Assembly (NCBI GenBank): GCA_039190745.1
Contig: JBCCXZ010000012.1
Coordinates: 1-64,000, forward strand
Length of the DNA: 64,000 nucleotides
Source of the DNA: Planctomycetota bacterium
GTDB lineage: Bacteria > Planctomycetota > Planctomycetia > Pirellulales > Lacipirellulaceae
Reading direction: 5' to 3'
The first letter of the stretch is position 1, and every line of letters begins with the position of its first letter. This document shows, piece after piece, positions 37,976 to 46,787 of this stretch. A model generated the notes under the pieces. That model worked only from the letters and a program-made list of their open reading frames with translations. It searched no databases and was not told the DNA's origin. The position numbers and the translations under genes were made by a program.

Positions 37976-39236
37976 GGTTCTCCGCTCCCCGGTAAACCAA
38001 CTCGTTGAAATCGGTCTCCGACCGCCGCTTCGGTATCGCCTTCAAGAGTTCGAGCAGTTCCGGGGCCTGGTACTTCATAGCGCCCAAGTAGAGAATCTGG
38101 GCTTGCCGCGGCGAAATCTTGTAGGGCTTCAGCATCGGGTGCGGCCACTCTTGTTCCCCAGCCAGGTATGGTTCGAGGTACCGCAAGGCTCGGAGGAGCG
38201 CCGGGTCGTCCTCGGGGCAACGCCAGGCGTCCAGTCCCACGGCTTCCCCGACCCGGGCGGCGGTGCTGAGGGCGAGCAGATTGAATACGCTGTAGTGCAA
38301 CGAGATCGACCGCTTCAGCTCGTGCGGCTGGCGCCCTTGGTCGTCGATCTGCCGCTGAAGCCTTTGATCGATGACCTTCGTGACGATCTGCCTTGCTAGA
38401 TCGTCCCTGCCTACGAATACCGCGATCCGCCCGGCCTGGGCGGCGTGCCACGAGCCGTGGTTGTTCTCGGCTTGCTCTTCTTCTTGCCCGAGGTCGCTCT
38501 CGAGGAGCCAATCGAGGTAGCTCCGAAACCACTCCGCCAACGCGGCGCGGTCTTCCGAAGCGAGAAGCCCCGCCGAGTGCAGCAGCTCGACGCTGTCGAG
38601 CACCCTGATGAAGCTGCGCGTGTCGATCACCCCGACGCCCCGACCGACGGCTCTTCCCGGGACGGCTTGGCCGAAACGCAGGTGGGGGTTCATCCGGGTC
38701 TTCGCTTCCAGGAACCAGACGCGGACCAACTCGGCGGCGTGGCGAGAGTACCGGTCGTCGTCAAAGAAGTAACCTGCGAGCGTCAGGGCCTCGACGTCGT
38801 CCATCATCATCCCGATCGGCGTGCGGTCGCCGCGTTCAACCAGCGATCGGTTGACCACCCCGTCTCGCCGGACGTACGGCAGGCCGTCGTCGGTATCAGG
38901 GTTCGGCCACCAGTAACGGCTGAAGCTGATGTAGTCGTGCCGATCGCCGCTCGGAGCGAGCTCGTCTTTGAAAACAACCGAGTACGGACCGCGGTCCAAA
39001 GCAGTGTCAGCGTAAGACTTCAGACGCCGCAGCGCGTGGCGGATGCCGTCTGAATCCGCCGCCCCGGCTCGAACCTTTTCGATGTGCCGGAGGTCCCACA
39101 GGACAACGGTCGGCTCTGCGGCGTGCGACGCGGACGCCGCGACGACCAGTGCGATCCAGAGAAGGCTGCCAACGACCCGGGAGCGACGGGGCAGTCGAGG
39201 CCTGGGGTGGGTGGTAAGGCGACGGGAGCCGGGCAC
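37968..39236 (-). CDS. exported alginate lyase domain protein (PF05426; PL38-like)
   Basis: HDYISFSRYWWPNPDTDDGLPYVRRDG, TRMNPHL, NNHGSW, GRQPHELKR, HYSVFNL. Confidence 0.85.
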   Translation of the reverse strand: MPGSRRLTTHPRPRLPRRSRVVGSLLWIALVVAASASHAAEPTVVLWDLRHIEKVRAGAADSDGIRHALRRLKSYADTALDRGPYSVVFKDELAPSGDRHDYISFSRYWWPNPDTDDGLPYVRRDGVVNRSLVERGDRTPIGMMMDDVEALTLAGYFFDDDRYSRHAAELVRVWFLEAKTRMNPHLRFGQAVPGRAVGRGVGVIDTRSFIRVLDSVELLHSAGLLASEDRAALAEWFRSYLDWLLESDLGQEEEQAENNHGSWHAAQAGRIAVFVGRDDLARQIVTKVIDQRLQRQIDDQGRQPHELKRSISLHYSVFNLLALSTAARVGEAVGLDAWRCPEDDPALLRALRYLEPYLAGEQEWPHPMLKPYKISPRQAQILYLGAMKYQAPELLELLKAIPKRRSETDFNELVYRGAENHE

Positions 39237-39242
39237 GGCCTG

Positions 39243-40694
39243 TTACTCCGCTTCGCTGCGGAAGGACGACGCGGGCAGTTCGCGCTGGATCTCGTCGACG
39301 CGGTAACCGAACCCCGTCCCGCGGATAGTGCTGAGGTCGATCTGGCCGTTGCGACGGGCGTAGATGCCCGGGTGCACCTCGGCCTCGGGCGACGACGCTT
39401 CGGGGTAGAACTGCATGGCGTTGGTCTCCACGCCCATCATCGTGCCAGCGTGTGCCGCGAGCAGGACGTGCGGGATCTGCGCGAGCATCGGGTTTGTCAG
39501 GTCGTGCACCATCAGGTGCATGCCGTGGGCCTTCGCCCAGCAGAGCGAAAGGAGCGTCCCCGTCTGCGTCTTGCACGTCTTGAACGCGACGCCCGTCCAG
39601 CCGAGTGAGTGGCCCAGCTTGACGTGCTGCCAGTCGTCTGCGCTCTCGTCCATGAGCAGCGGCTTGCGCTGCGACACGCTGTTCACCACGATCCGGTTCG
39701 CCTTCATGTCGTACGGGAACGGTTGCTCCAGGAACAGGAGCATGCCGAATACCTCCGGGTTCTCCGCGGCGAGGCGGTCGAGGATATCGTTCACGTAGAG
39801 CGGGTCGGTCACCGTGCAGTTGAAATCGGCGCACAACCACTCCACGCCGGCACGCTGCCCGATGGTTGCGACACGCACCAGTCGTTCGAAATCCCAATGC
39901 GAGTCGTTGCCGCGCAGCTTCACCTTCAGGCAGCCAAGGCCGTCGCGCTCGATCCAGTCCGCAAGCAGCACCGGGTAGCCGTCCGATGGCTCCGAGCCGT
40001 CGAGGTCGGCCTTTTCGAGCGGGTCGAGCCCGCCGACCAGGTGCCACGCCGGCATGCGGTCGGCCCGCTGCGGCACGAAGTAGTCCTGCGGGTACATGCC
40101 CGCGAAATCGACCGACACCCCGTCCGCGGGCTCGAGATAGGAGAACAGATCGTGGCTGAGGAAGTCTGCGTTATACGTCTCGTAGACGGGCCTGCCCTGC
40201 GCATTGCCGTAAGCGTCGTGCAGTGCCAGGTCGAACGCCGAGCAGCAGACCAACGCCGCCAAGTGCGGGAGCTCGCCGCCCGCGGGCCGGTCCGCGTTGA
40301 ACTGAGCCCGAACGCTCTCAAGCGACAAGTGCTGGAAGGCGTGGCCGACCTCAAGGGCGTGCCCCCACGCCTCGAAGCGGGACCAGGCCGTGTTCAGCTC
40401 GTCGACGAACGAAACCGCGGCGTCGAAGCGTTCTTGGTAAGGCAGCGGGCTCGGCCAGATCCACTGGATGCTCAGCGGGGTCTCGCCCCAGCCCTCGAAC
40501 AGCCGCCCCTCCCGGTCGCGGACCGTCAGCCGCACCCGGACGCAGGTCACCGAGGTGAGTGTTTCGCTGCCGAACTTGAGCGGCACGCGTGTCACCACGG
40601 GCAGCAAGTAGACTTCCGACGCCACGACCCGGACATCGGTGGGACGATCGCCCAGCGGCAGCTCTCGCTTTGGTGTGGTTTCGACGGTGCTCAT
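39243..40694 (-). CDS. enolase-superfamily (mandelate racemase/muconate lactonising) protein, candidate sugar-acid dehydratase
   Basis: GWGE, AFDLALHD, KVKLRG (KxK), ADFN, LEQP, MDES metal-ligand pattern. Confidence 0.8.
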   Translation of the reverse strand: MSTVETTPKRELPLGDRPTDVRVVASEVYLLPVVTRVPLKFGSETLTSVTCVRVRLTVRDREGRLFEGWGETPLSIQWIWPSPLPYQERFDAAVSFVDELNTAWSRFEAWGHALEVGHAFQHLSLESVRAQFNADRPAGGELPHLAALVCCSAFDLALHDAYGNAQGRPVYETYNADFLSHDLFSYLEPADGVSVDFAGMYPQDYFVPQRADRMPAWHLVGGLDPLEKADLDGSEPSDGYPVLLADWIERDGLGCLKVKLRGNDSHWDFERLVRVATIGQRAGVEWLCADFNCTVTDPLYVNDILDRLAAENPEVFGMLLFLEQPFPYDMKANRIVVNSVSQRKPLLMDESADDWQHVKLGHSLGWTGVAFKTCKTQTGTLLSLCWAKAHGMHLMVHDLTNPMLAQIPHVLLAAHAGTMMGVETNAMQFYPEASSPEAEVHPGIYARRNGQIDLSTIRGTGFGYRVDEIQRELPASSFRSEAE

Positions 40695-40709
40695 TACGCC
40701 CTTAAAGAC

Positions 40710-42086
40710 TTAGACTTGCCACGGCTTGCGAGACTCGACGCCGAGCATCGCGTTGGCTTGCTCGCTGCCGCTGCCCTCGAAGGTCTCGCTCTCCGGGTCC
40801 CACTTCAGCTTTTTCGCCCCGAGCCGGACGGCGATATTGCCGAGATGGCAGATCGTCGCGCTCCTGTGGCCGACCTCGACCGGAGCGTTCGGCTCGCTCC
40901 GCGACTTGACGCAATCGATGAAGTTGCGCTGGTGGTCGTCGTTGCTGGCGTACACACGCAGGTCTTTCACTTTGCCGAGCGGCGCCTTCAGCTTGCGAGG
41001 AACCGTGACGAAGTTCTGGCCCTTGTTGTCCACGCGGACCATGCCCTCCTCGCCCTCGAAGACGGTTCGCACCGCAGGGTGCCCCGTGAAGCACTCCAGC
41101 ACCACGCCGTTGTCGTAGGTGCAGCGGAAGTTGGTGTGCGTTGCGGCGTTGAAGAGGCTGCCCTCCGGCAGGAATTCGGCGTAGACGCACTCGATCTTGG
41201 TCGGACCGGTGTTGTCCGTCCCCAATCCCCACTGGGCGATGTCGAGCGAGTGGGCCCCGAAGTTGGCCACCTGCCCGCCGGCGTAGTCGTAGTTAAACCG
41301 GAACCGGTACAGGCAACGGTCTTTGTGGTACGGAGCCTTCGGAGCAGGGCCGAGCCACATGTCGTAGTCGAAACCTTCCGGCACCGGCGTCGGCTCCCAC
41401 CCCGGTCCGGGGCCGACCTTGTTGTGCGTCCCGACGTGCGCGAGCACCCGCCGCACCTTGCCGATCGCGCCGCCGCGGACCAGGTCGACCGCCGCCCTAA
41501 TGACGGGGTTCGACCGCTCGTGGCTGCCCGTCTGCAAGACAACGTTGTTCTCCCGAACCGCCTTCACCATCGCCTGCTGCTCTTGAATGGTGAGCCCCAG
41601 CGGCTTCTCGCAGTAAACGTCCTTGCCCGCCTTGCAGGCCATCACCGTCATGCTGGCGTGCCAGTGGTCCGGCGTAGCGATCACCACCGCATCGATGTCG
41701 TCGCGTGTGAGGATCTCGCGGAAGTCGTTGTAGCCGTCGCAGCCCTTGTAAGAACCTGAAGCCGACTGCTTGCCGTAGTAAGACTCCACTTCCTTAACGG
41801 CGGGTTCGCGGCCGTAGATGTCTCTATCTTCTTTGTACCCGTTGCTGCCGCGGTTGACGTCGCACACCGCCAACACATGGCACTCGGCGTTGGTCAGGAA
41901 CCGCTTCATCACCGGGAAGCCTTGGTTCCCGACCCCGATGCAGGCGAGCGTCACACGGTTGCTCGGGGCCTCGGCGCCGAACACCCGCGCCGGGGCGAAG
42001 TAGGGGGCCGCGACCGCCGCAGCGGCCGCTGTCTTCACAAAGCCGCGGCGCGTCGTCGCGTCAGTTTTCTTGGGTGCGTCGGACAT
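40710..42086 (-). CDS. Tat-exported Gfo/Idh/MocA oxidoreductase
   Basis: TRRGFV signal, IGVGNQG, IATPDHWHA, DVYCEKP, GAHSLD. Confidence 0.92.
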   Translation of the reverse strand: MSDAPKKTDATTRRGFVKTAAAAAVAAPYFAPARVFGAEAPSNRVTLACIGVGNQGFPVMKRFLTNAECHVLAVCDVNRGSNGYKEDRDIYGREPAVKEVESYYGKQSASGSYKGCDGYNDFREILTRDDIDAVVIATPDHWHASMTVMACKAGKDVYCEKPLGLTIQEQQAMVKAVRENNVVLQTGSHERSNPVIRAAVDLVRGGAIGKVRRVLAHVGTHNKVGPGPGWEPTPVPEGFDYDMWLGPAPKAPYHKDRCLYRFRFNYDYAGGQVANFGAHSLDIAQWGLGTDNTGPTKIECVYAEFLPEGSLFNAATHTNFRCTYDNGVVLECFTGHPAVRTVFEGEEGMVRVDNKGQNFVTVPRKLKAPLGKVKDLRVYASNDDHQRNFIDCVKSRSEPNAPVEVGHRSATICHLGNIAVRLGAKKLKWDPESETFEGSGSEQANAMLGVESRKPWQV

Positions 42087-42092
42087 ACTAGA

Positions 42093-44399
42093 TCATCCTT
42101 TCCGTTCGGCGTCCGCCTGGCGGCGACGCCCGAAGAATACAAATACCGCGGCCCCGGCCGATGCCAGCAAAGCCGTTCCGGGCTCGGGGGTTTGGGTGAT
42201 TGCCGAGACAACAGCGACGCCGTTGCCGTAGTCGCGTTGCCACACGACGAGGTCGTTGAGGTCGACGTCGCCGTCTTCGTCGGCGTCCCCGTCCATGTGC
42301 GTGGCGCCCGAAGCCAAGCCGAAGCCGGCTTCCCACGCGGTCAGGTCGTCCGCGTCCACGTCGCCGTCTTCGTCGAAGTCGCCCGCGTCGAAGGTGATGT
42401 CGAACAAGGCGTCCAGCTCCGACTCGGACAGCGCCCCGTCGAGGTTCAGCACGAACGCGTCAAACTCGGCGAACCGCTCGCGTTTGCCGATCCGGAACTC
42501 CAGAGGCACGCCGACGTGCGACGCCGAAATCGTGAACTCCTCGCCCGTCTCCCAACGGTAAGTAGAGTCCGAGGAGAGGGTCTCGATGTCGTCGGGGTCC
42601 ACGCCGAAGTCGGTGGGCACGTAGATGCTGTCGGAACTGCCGTCGAATCCGCGTGCCCGGTAGTAAGCTGTGTAGGTGCCCGGTTGGTCAAACTCAAGGT
42701 CGTACACCGCGATCGTGTCGTGCGTGTCGCCGGGCAGGTCGACCCGGTCGGTGAACGGCGCACGCAGCGTCTCGCCGCCCAGAGCCAGCGGGTCAGTAAG
42801 TGTTGTCCACACATTGCTATCGCCGTCGGGATCGAGGATCACCGTATAGTCCTCGGCCTGAATCGCACAGCCAGCTGTGTTGCAGCCGCCCCCGCTCGGC
42901 GGCGGCGGCGAGAAGAGCCAATCGGGGCCGATGTCGCCCGCTTCGAGCGGCTTCCGGACAATCGCCGCGGCAGAGACCTCGTCGGCCCCCACGTCGAACA
43001 GCCCGATCCGCGGCTGGCCGTCCATGTCGTCCGAAAACACTCCGCTGTAGTCGCCCACGCCCGCGTTGATCACCGGGCTGGTCGCGGAAGGCCGCCAGAG
43101 GCCGTCGCTGCCTTGGGTCAACTCGGGGTCGACCACCGTAATACCCGGGTCGCCCGATTTGGGGCCGAGGCTCCCTCCGAAGGCGATGTTCCCCTCCCAG
43201 GTCCACCCACTGCCCCCGGTGCCCTCGGTACCCTCGAAGATGGTCGCGCCAGAGCTGCGGAAGACGTTGTTCGCCACGGTCACGTCCTCCGCAAGCAGCG
43301 TGCGGCCGCTGCTGCCGAAGCCGTCGTCGAAGGTGATCATCTCTTCGAGCGTGTTCACGATCGTGTTGTGGGCGATCACGGCGTCCTTCACCTGCACGTA
43401 ACCGTTCAGCGGCGTATTGGGGACGCCCGCCGAGATAGAAATCGCGCCACCGGCGCGGTCGTCAACGTTCGCGATGTAGTTGTTGACGACCGTCTGCCTC
43501 TCGCCGATGACGCGGATGGCGCCGCTGCGGTTCTTGCCCTCGCCGAGAAAAAAGTTCCCCTCCACCAGGCTGTCGTTGCCGTGCCTCAGGGTCAGCGTCC
43601 CGGCCGACTCGCGGAAGGTGTTGTAGCGGAACGTGTTGTTGCCGCTCTTGTTCGAGATGATCTCGATCTCGCCGTCGGTCCGCTCGAAGAGGTTGTTCTC
43701 GACCACCGTGAACGAATCGCTGAGCGACTGCCCGCTGGTGCCGACGCGGATAGTCTCGAACCCGTTCCCGTTGCCCTCGGGCCGGTCGGCAAAGTGGTTG
43801 CTGTCGATCAGGTGGCGATTCTGGGAAGCGTCGTCCCTGCGGACCACCACGGTCACGCCGGAGTGGTTGTGGTCTTCGAAGTAGTTGTTGTCGACACGGT
43901 TGTCCTGCCCGAACAGCTCCACCCAGTGGTACCGGTCGTTGATGCTGCCGGGGTTGTAGCTGATGATTGCCGAGTTGGTGAGACGGCTGTTGGTGGCGGC
44001 GCCGAAGTCGCCGCGGAACTCGACGATGGCCCGCCCGCCGTCCGCCAGGGCCCCGCCCTCGAAGCGCAGGCCGTCCGCCACAAGCCAGTCGCCCGAGATG
44101 TCGAGCGTCGAGTTGCCGTTGAGGATCACCCCGCCGGGCGTCTGCGCTTTGAGTGTGATCGGGTTGGCCGAGGTCCCGAAGCCGTTCAGCTCGATCTGCT
44201 GATTGGTCCAGACGCCGTCGGTCATAATGAGGTTGTCGCCCGGCTGGAGCGAACCGAGCGCGTTCTGGATGTCGTTGGCCGAAGACACAAGGATGTCCGC
44301 CGCCCCCGCCGTCCCGGCGACCGCGAACGCCCAGCACGCCAGTGCAGCGCCCAGCGGTGCGCGTATCGCGAGACGATGGAGTGTCGGAAGCCTGTTCAC
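42093..44399 (-). CDS. polysaccharide lyase family 6 (alginate lyase/chondroitinase B fold) with accessory domain, dockerin-like repeats and PEP-CTERM
   Basis: NGFETIRVG, GEIEIISNKS, LTLRHG, GDFDEDGDVDADDL repeats, TPEP + TM + RRR. GTG start at 44399 with AAGGA SD. Confidence 0.92.
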   Translation of the reverse strand: MNRLPTLHRLAIRAPLGAALACWAFAVAGTAGAADILVSSANDIQNALGSLQPGDNLIMTDGVWTNQQIELNGFGTSANPITLKAQTPGGVILNGNSTLDISGDWLVADGLRFEGGALADGGRAIVEFRGDFGAATNSRLTNSAIISYNPGSINDRYHWVELFGQDNRVDNNYFEDHNHSGVTVVVRRDDASQNRHLIDSNHFADRPEGNGNGFETIRVGTSGQSLSDSFTVVENNLFERTDGEIEIISNKSGNNTFRYNTFRESAGTLTLRHGNDSLVEGNFFLGEGKNRSGAIRVIGERQTVVNNYIANVDDRAGGAISISAGVPNTPLNGYVQVKDAVIAHNTIVNTLEEMITFDDGFGSSGRTLLAEDVTVANNVFRSSGATIFEGTEGTGGSGWTWEGNIAFGGSLGPKSGDPGITVVDPELTQGSDGLWRPSATSPVINAGVGDYSGVFSDDMDGQPRIGLFDVGADEVSAAAIVRKPLEAGDIGPDWLFSPPPPSGGGCNTAGCAIQAEDYTVILDPDGDSNVWTTLTDPLALGGETLRAPFTDRVDLPGDTHDTIAVYDLEFDQPGTYTAYYRARGFDGSSDSIYVPTDFGVDPDDIETLSSDSTYRWETGEEFTISASHVGVPLEFRIGKRERFAEFDAFVLNLDGALSESELDALFDITFDAGDFDEDGDVDADDLTAWEAGFGLASGATHMDGDADEDGDVDLNDLVVWQRDYGNGVAVVSAITQTPEPGTALLASAGAAVFVFFGRRRQADAERKG

Positions 44400-44419
44400 T
44401 CGGCGGGTCCTTGGCTGGC

Positions 44420-44869
44420 TCACTCGGTGAACGGCTTGCCGCCGTCCCAGGTGAGTTCGATGGTCAGGTCTTCGTTGGGTTCGTTGATCTCGAACGTCAG
44501 GTCCGAAGTCCGGAAGTCGGCGTACTTCTTCGGGGCGTGCCAGCGGACCTTGCTCTCGCCGAGGATCTCGCTGGCAGAAATCTGCACCCGGTGGCGCCCG
44601 GGGATCACGCCGTCGTTGCCGTCGTAGCAGGTCAATACAAACGAGCCGTCCGGCTGGACCTTGCCGGCTGAGGGACGGCCTCCGGAGGGAACAAACTTGA
44701 TGTTCCCCTGCGGCAGGGGCTGCCCGTCGATCAGCACCTTGCCGGCTACCTTGACGCGTGTCGGCAGGCCGTCGCCGCAACCGCTCGCCGCAAGAATGGT
44801 TCCTAAGATCGCAAAGAACAATCCACTCAGCGGGCGCCCCAGGGCGTTCTGTTTGGCTCGCGTGTTCAC
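44420..44869 (-). CDS. DUF1559-associated lipoprotein (carboxypeptidase-regulatory-like fold)
   Basis: Lipobox AASG-C, VAGKVLIDGQPL, GRHRVQI, PKKYADFRTSDL. Confidence 0.8.
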   Translation of the reverse strand: MNTRAKQNALGRPLSGLFFAILGTILAASGCGDGLPTRVKVAGKVLIDGQPLPQGNIKFVPSGGRPSAGKVQPDGSFVLTCYDGNDGVIPGRHRVQISASEILGESKVRWHAPKKYADFRTSDLTFEINEPNEDLTIELTWDGGKPFTE

Positions 44870-45465
44870 TCGGGCAGTCCCTCCACGTCTTCTTCAGCAG
44901 CCGGGTCGACCGGGGCGTTCTCGCCAATCTCTTCGGCAGCAGACCCATCCGAATCCGTCTGTGTTGGAATGTTCTCTTCAGACTCGACCAGCGGCTCCTC
45001 TTGAGACTCGACGTCGTCTCCTTCGGGCTTGTCAGGCTCGCTGCCTTCCCAAGTTAAGTCGATCTTTAGATCTTCCACCGGCCCCGTAATCTCGGTCTCA
45101 AGGCCCGAGGTACGGAAGTCCGCGTACTTAGCCGGCGCCCGCCAGATGACGTCTTCCGCGTCTTCACCGGTGATCTCCGATGCCGAAACGGCGATGCGGT
45201 AGTCACCGGGCGTAATCCCGTCTTGCATCGTCTGCCCAACGGTCACTTCAGCGAGCTGGAATGAGCCGTCTTCAAGGATCGCGCTGCTGACCGGCCGCCC
45301 CGAGGAAGGAAAGAACCGGATCGTGCCGCCTGCAAGTGGCTCACCGTCGACCGACACCCGACCCGCAACCGGCACAAGCCCCGACGGCTTCTCGCAGCCG
45401 TATAGCCCAGCCAACAGGCTCAATACCGGAAGAGACAGCAGCGTCTGTGCTCGCAATGGGTTCAT
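44866..45465 (-). CDS. DUF1559-associated lipoprotein with an acidic tail
   Basis: Lipobox LYG-C, VAGRVSVDGEPL, GDYRIAV, PAKYADFRTSGL. Paralogue of the neighbouring gene. Confidence 0.8.
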   Translation of the reverse strand: MNPLRAQTLLSLPVLSLLAGLYGCEKPSGLVPVAGRVSVDGEPLAGGTIRFFPSSGRPVSSAILEDGSFQLAEVTVGQTMQDGITPGDYRIAVSASEITGEDAEDVIWRAPAKYADFRTSGLETEITGPVEDLKIDLTWEGSEPDKPEGDDVESQEEPLVESEENIPTQTDSDGSAAEEIGENAPVDPAAEEDVEGLPE

Positions 45466-45510
45466 GTTGGGCCTCCAGCCGACAAGCGGCTTACGTTCAA
45501 AAAAACTTGC

Positions 45511-46578
45511 TTAACGCCGGCCGCGTGTTCGGGTCTTCAAGGCGGTGCACTCCGGATCGTCGATCTCGTCCATCGCCAGCGGCGGCCCCTTGATCGTGGA
45601 GAGCTCCTGGTAGAGTTCAAAATCAATGTCTTCGGTCAGGAACTCTATGTGTGCGTCACCGTAAGCAAAGTTTGCGCCACCAGGATGTCGGCTCGCGAAA
45701 GCCCCATTGACCTCCGCAGGCCAGCTGCCAACTTGTTTAGCGTCCACGCCAGGCGGAGTATTCAGAGCCACATCCGTTACGCGGTAAGTATCCAAGTACC
45801 GGTGCCCGTAGCTCCAAATGTTGGAGCCCTCAAACGTGTGATTCTCAATAGTCTCGCCCATCGAGATCGTGTTGCTTGTGCCATCCTCGACGTTCCTGAT
45901 CGCAATCGTGCTCGCGCCTAGCGGGCTGTTGTACAGGTGCAGCCCTGTGTTCTTGTGCTTGACCATGCAGGCGTCCACGACGAACCCGCCGTTGACGCCT
46001 CGGTGACCGGCAACAAACGCGTAGGACCCGGTTGCGGGCGGCGGATCGTACCTGTCCAAGTACTGCTCGACCTCGGTGAAAGGCTCAGAGTCATCCGACG
46101 GACAAACAAAGATCTGTGGGCGCGTGTTCATCGCCTGGAGTCGCTCTGGGGTGGCCCACACGCCGGACGAAAACTCCCCTGCCGGCCAGATACTTTCATT
46201 GTCGTAGATATCGAGCTGATTGAACAACGCATCTTGTTCTAGGAAAGGCAGCAAGAGTACAAACCCGCTCGCGCCCGATCGGAGTTCGGGCGTGTTCCAC
46301 GGCAGCAAGTAAAAGTCACCGGACGAGTCGGGCCCCAGACGGGCGTGCACGTAATGACCCTTCACGCCCTCATGGTTCATGTCCGCCAGGGCGAGGTTCT
46401 TGAGGTTGTTCACACAGCTCATCCGCCGCGCAGCCTCGCGGGCAGACTGTACCGCCGGCAGCAGTAGCGCCACCAACACGCCGATGATGGCGATCACCAC
46501 AAGCAGTTCGACGAGCGTAAATGCCCGCAAACGGGCGGGGAGACATTGACAGCGATTGCCGTGGTGGTGGCGGAACAT
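45511..46578 (-). CDS. DUF1559 prepilin-like protein
   Basis: [63 protein letters not shown]. Confidence 0.93.
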   Translation of the reverse strand: MFRHHHGNRCQCLPARLRAFTLVELLVVIAIIGVLVALLLPAVQSAREAARRMSCVNNLKNLALADMNHEGVKGHYVHARLGPDSSGDFYLLPWNTPELRSGASGFVLLLPFLEQDALFNQLDIYDNESIWPAGEFSSGVWATPERLQAMNTRPQIFVCPSDDSEPFTEVEQYLDRYDPPPATGSYAFVAGHRGVNGGFVVDACMVKHKNTGLHLYNSPLGASTIAIRNVEDGTSNTISMGETIENHTFEGSNIWSYGHRYLDTYRVTDVALNTPPGVDAKQVGSWPAEVNGAFASRHPGGANFAYGDAHIEFLTEDIDFELYQELSTIKGPPLAMDEIDDPECTALKTRTRGRR

Positions 46579-46787
46579 CGATTGGGTCCTAGAAGAGTGT
46601 TGCGGGAGCACGTTGGGTCCCTCCGTTAGTTCCATCGGGCAGATGGTTCACGCTGCCGCCAGCGTGCCGCTAGTGGATTGGGTTTCAGGGCTTAATTGAA
46701 GCCGGCGAGGCCGCTTCCGCGGCCGCCGCCGGCTGTCTCTTGCGTGCAGGCCCTCTAGCTCGCACGAATCAAATCACAGAGCAGCGG

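Noticed and set aside
36380..39236. Alginate biosynthesis operon (algG plus lyase as in Pseudomonas)
   Set aside because: No polymerase, GDP-mannose dehydrogenase, export or acetylation genes are present, and the neighbours are catabolic.
39609..44627. 716-aa and 916-aa plus-strand ORFs
   Set aside because: Antisense to well-supported enolase-family, oxidoreductase and PL6 genes.
44400..44948. N-terminal extension of the PL6 ORF to 951 aa
   Set aside because: Overlaps two lipoprotein genes. The signal peptide and SD support the GTG at 44399.
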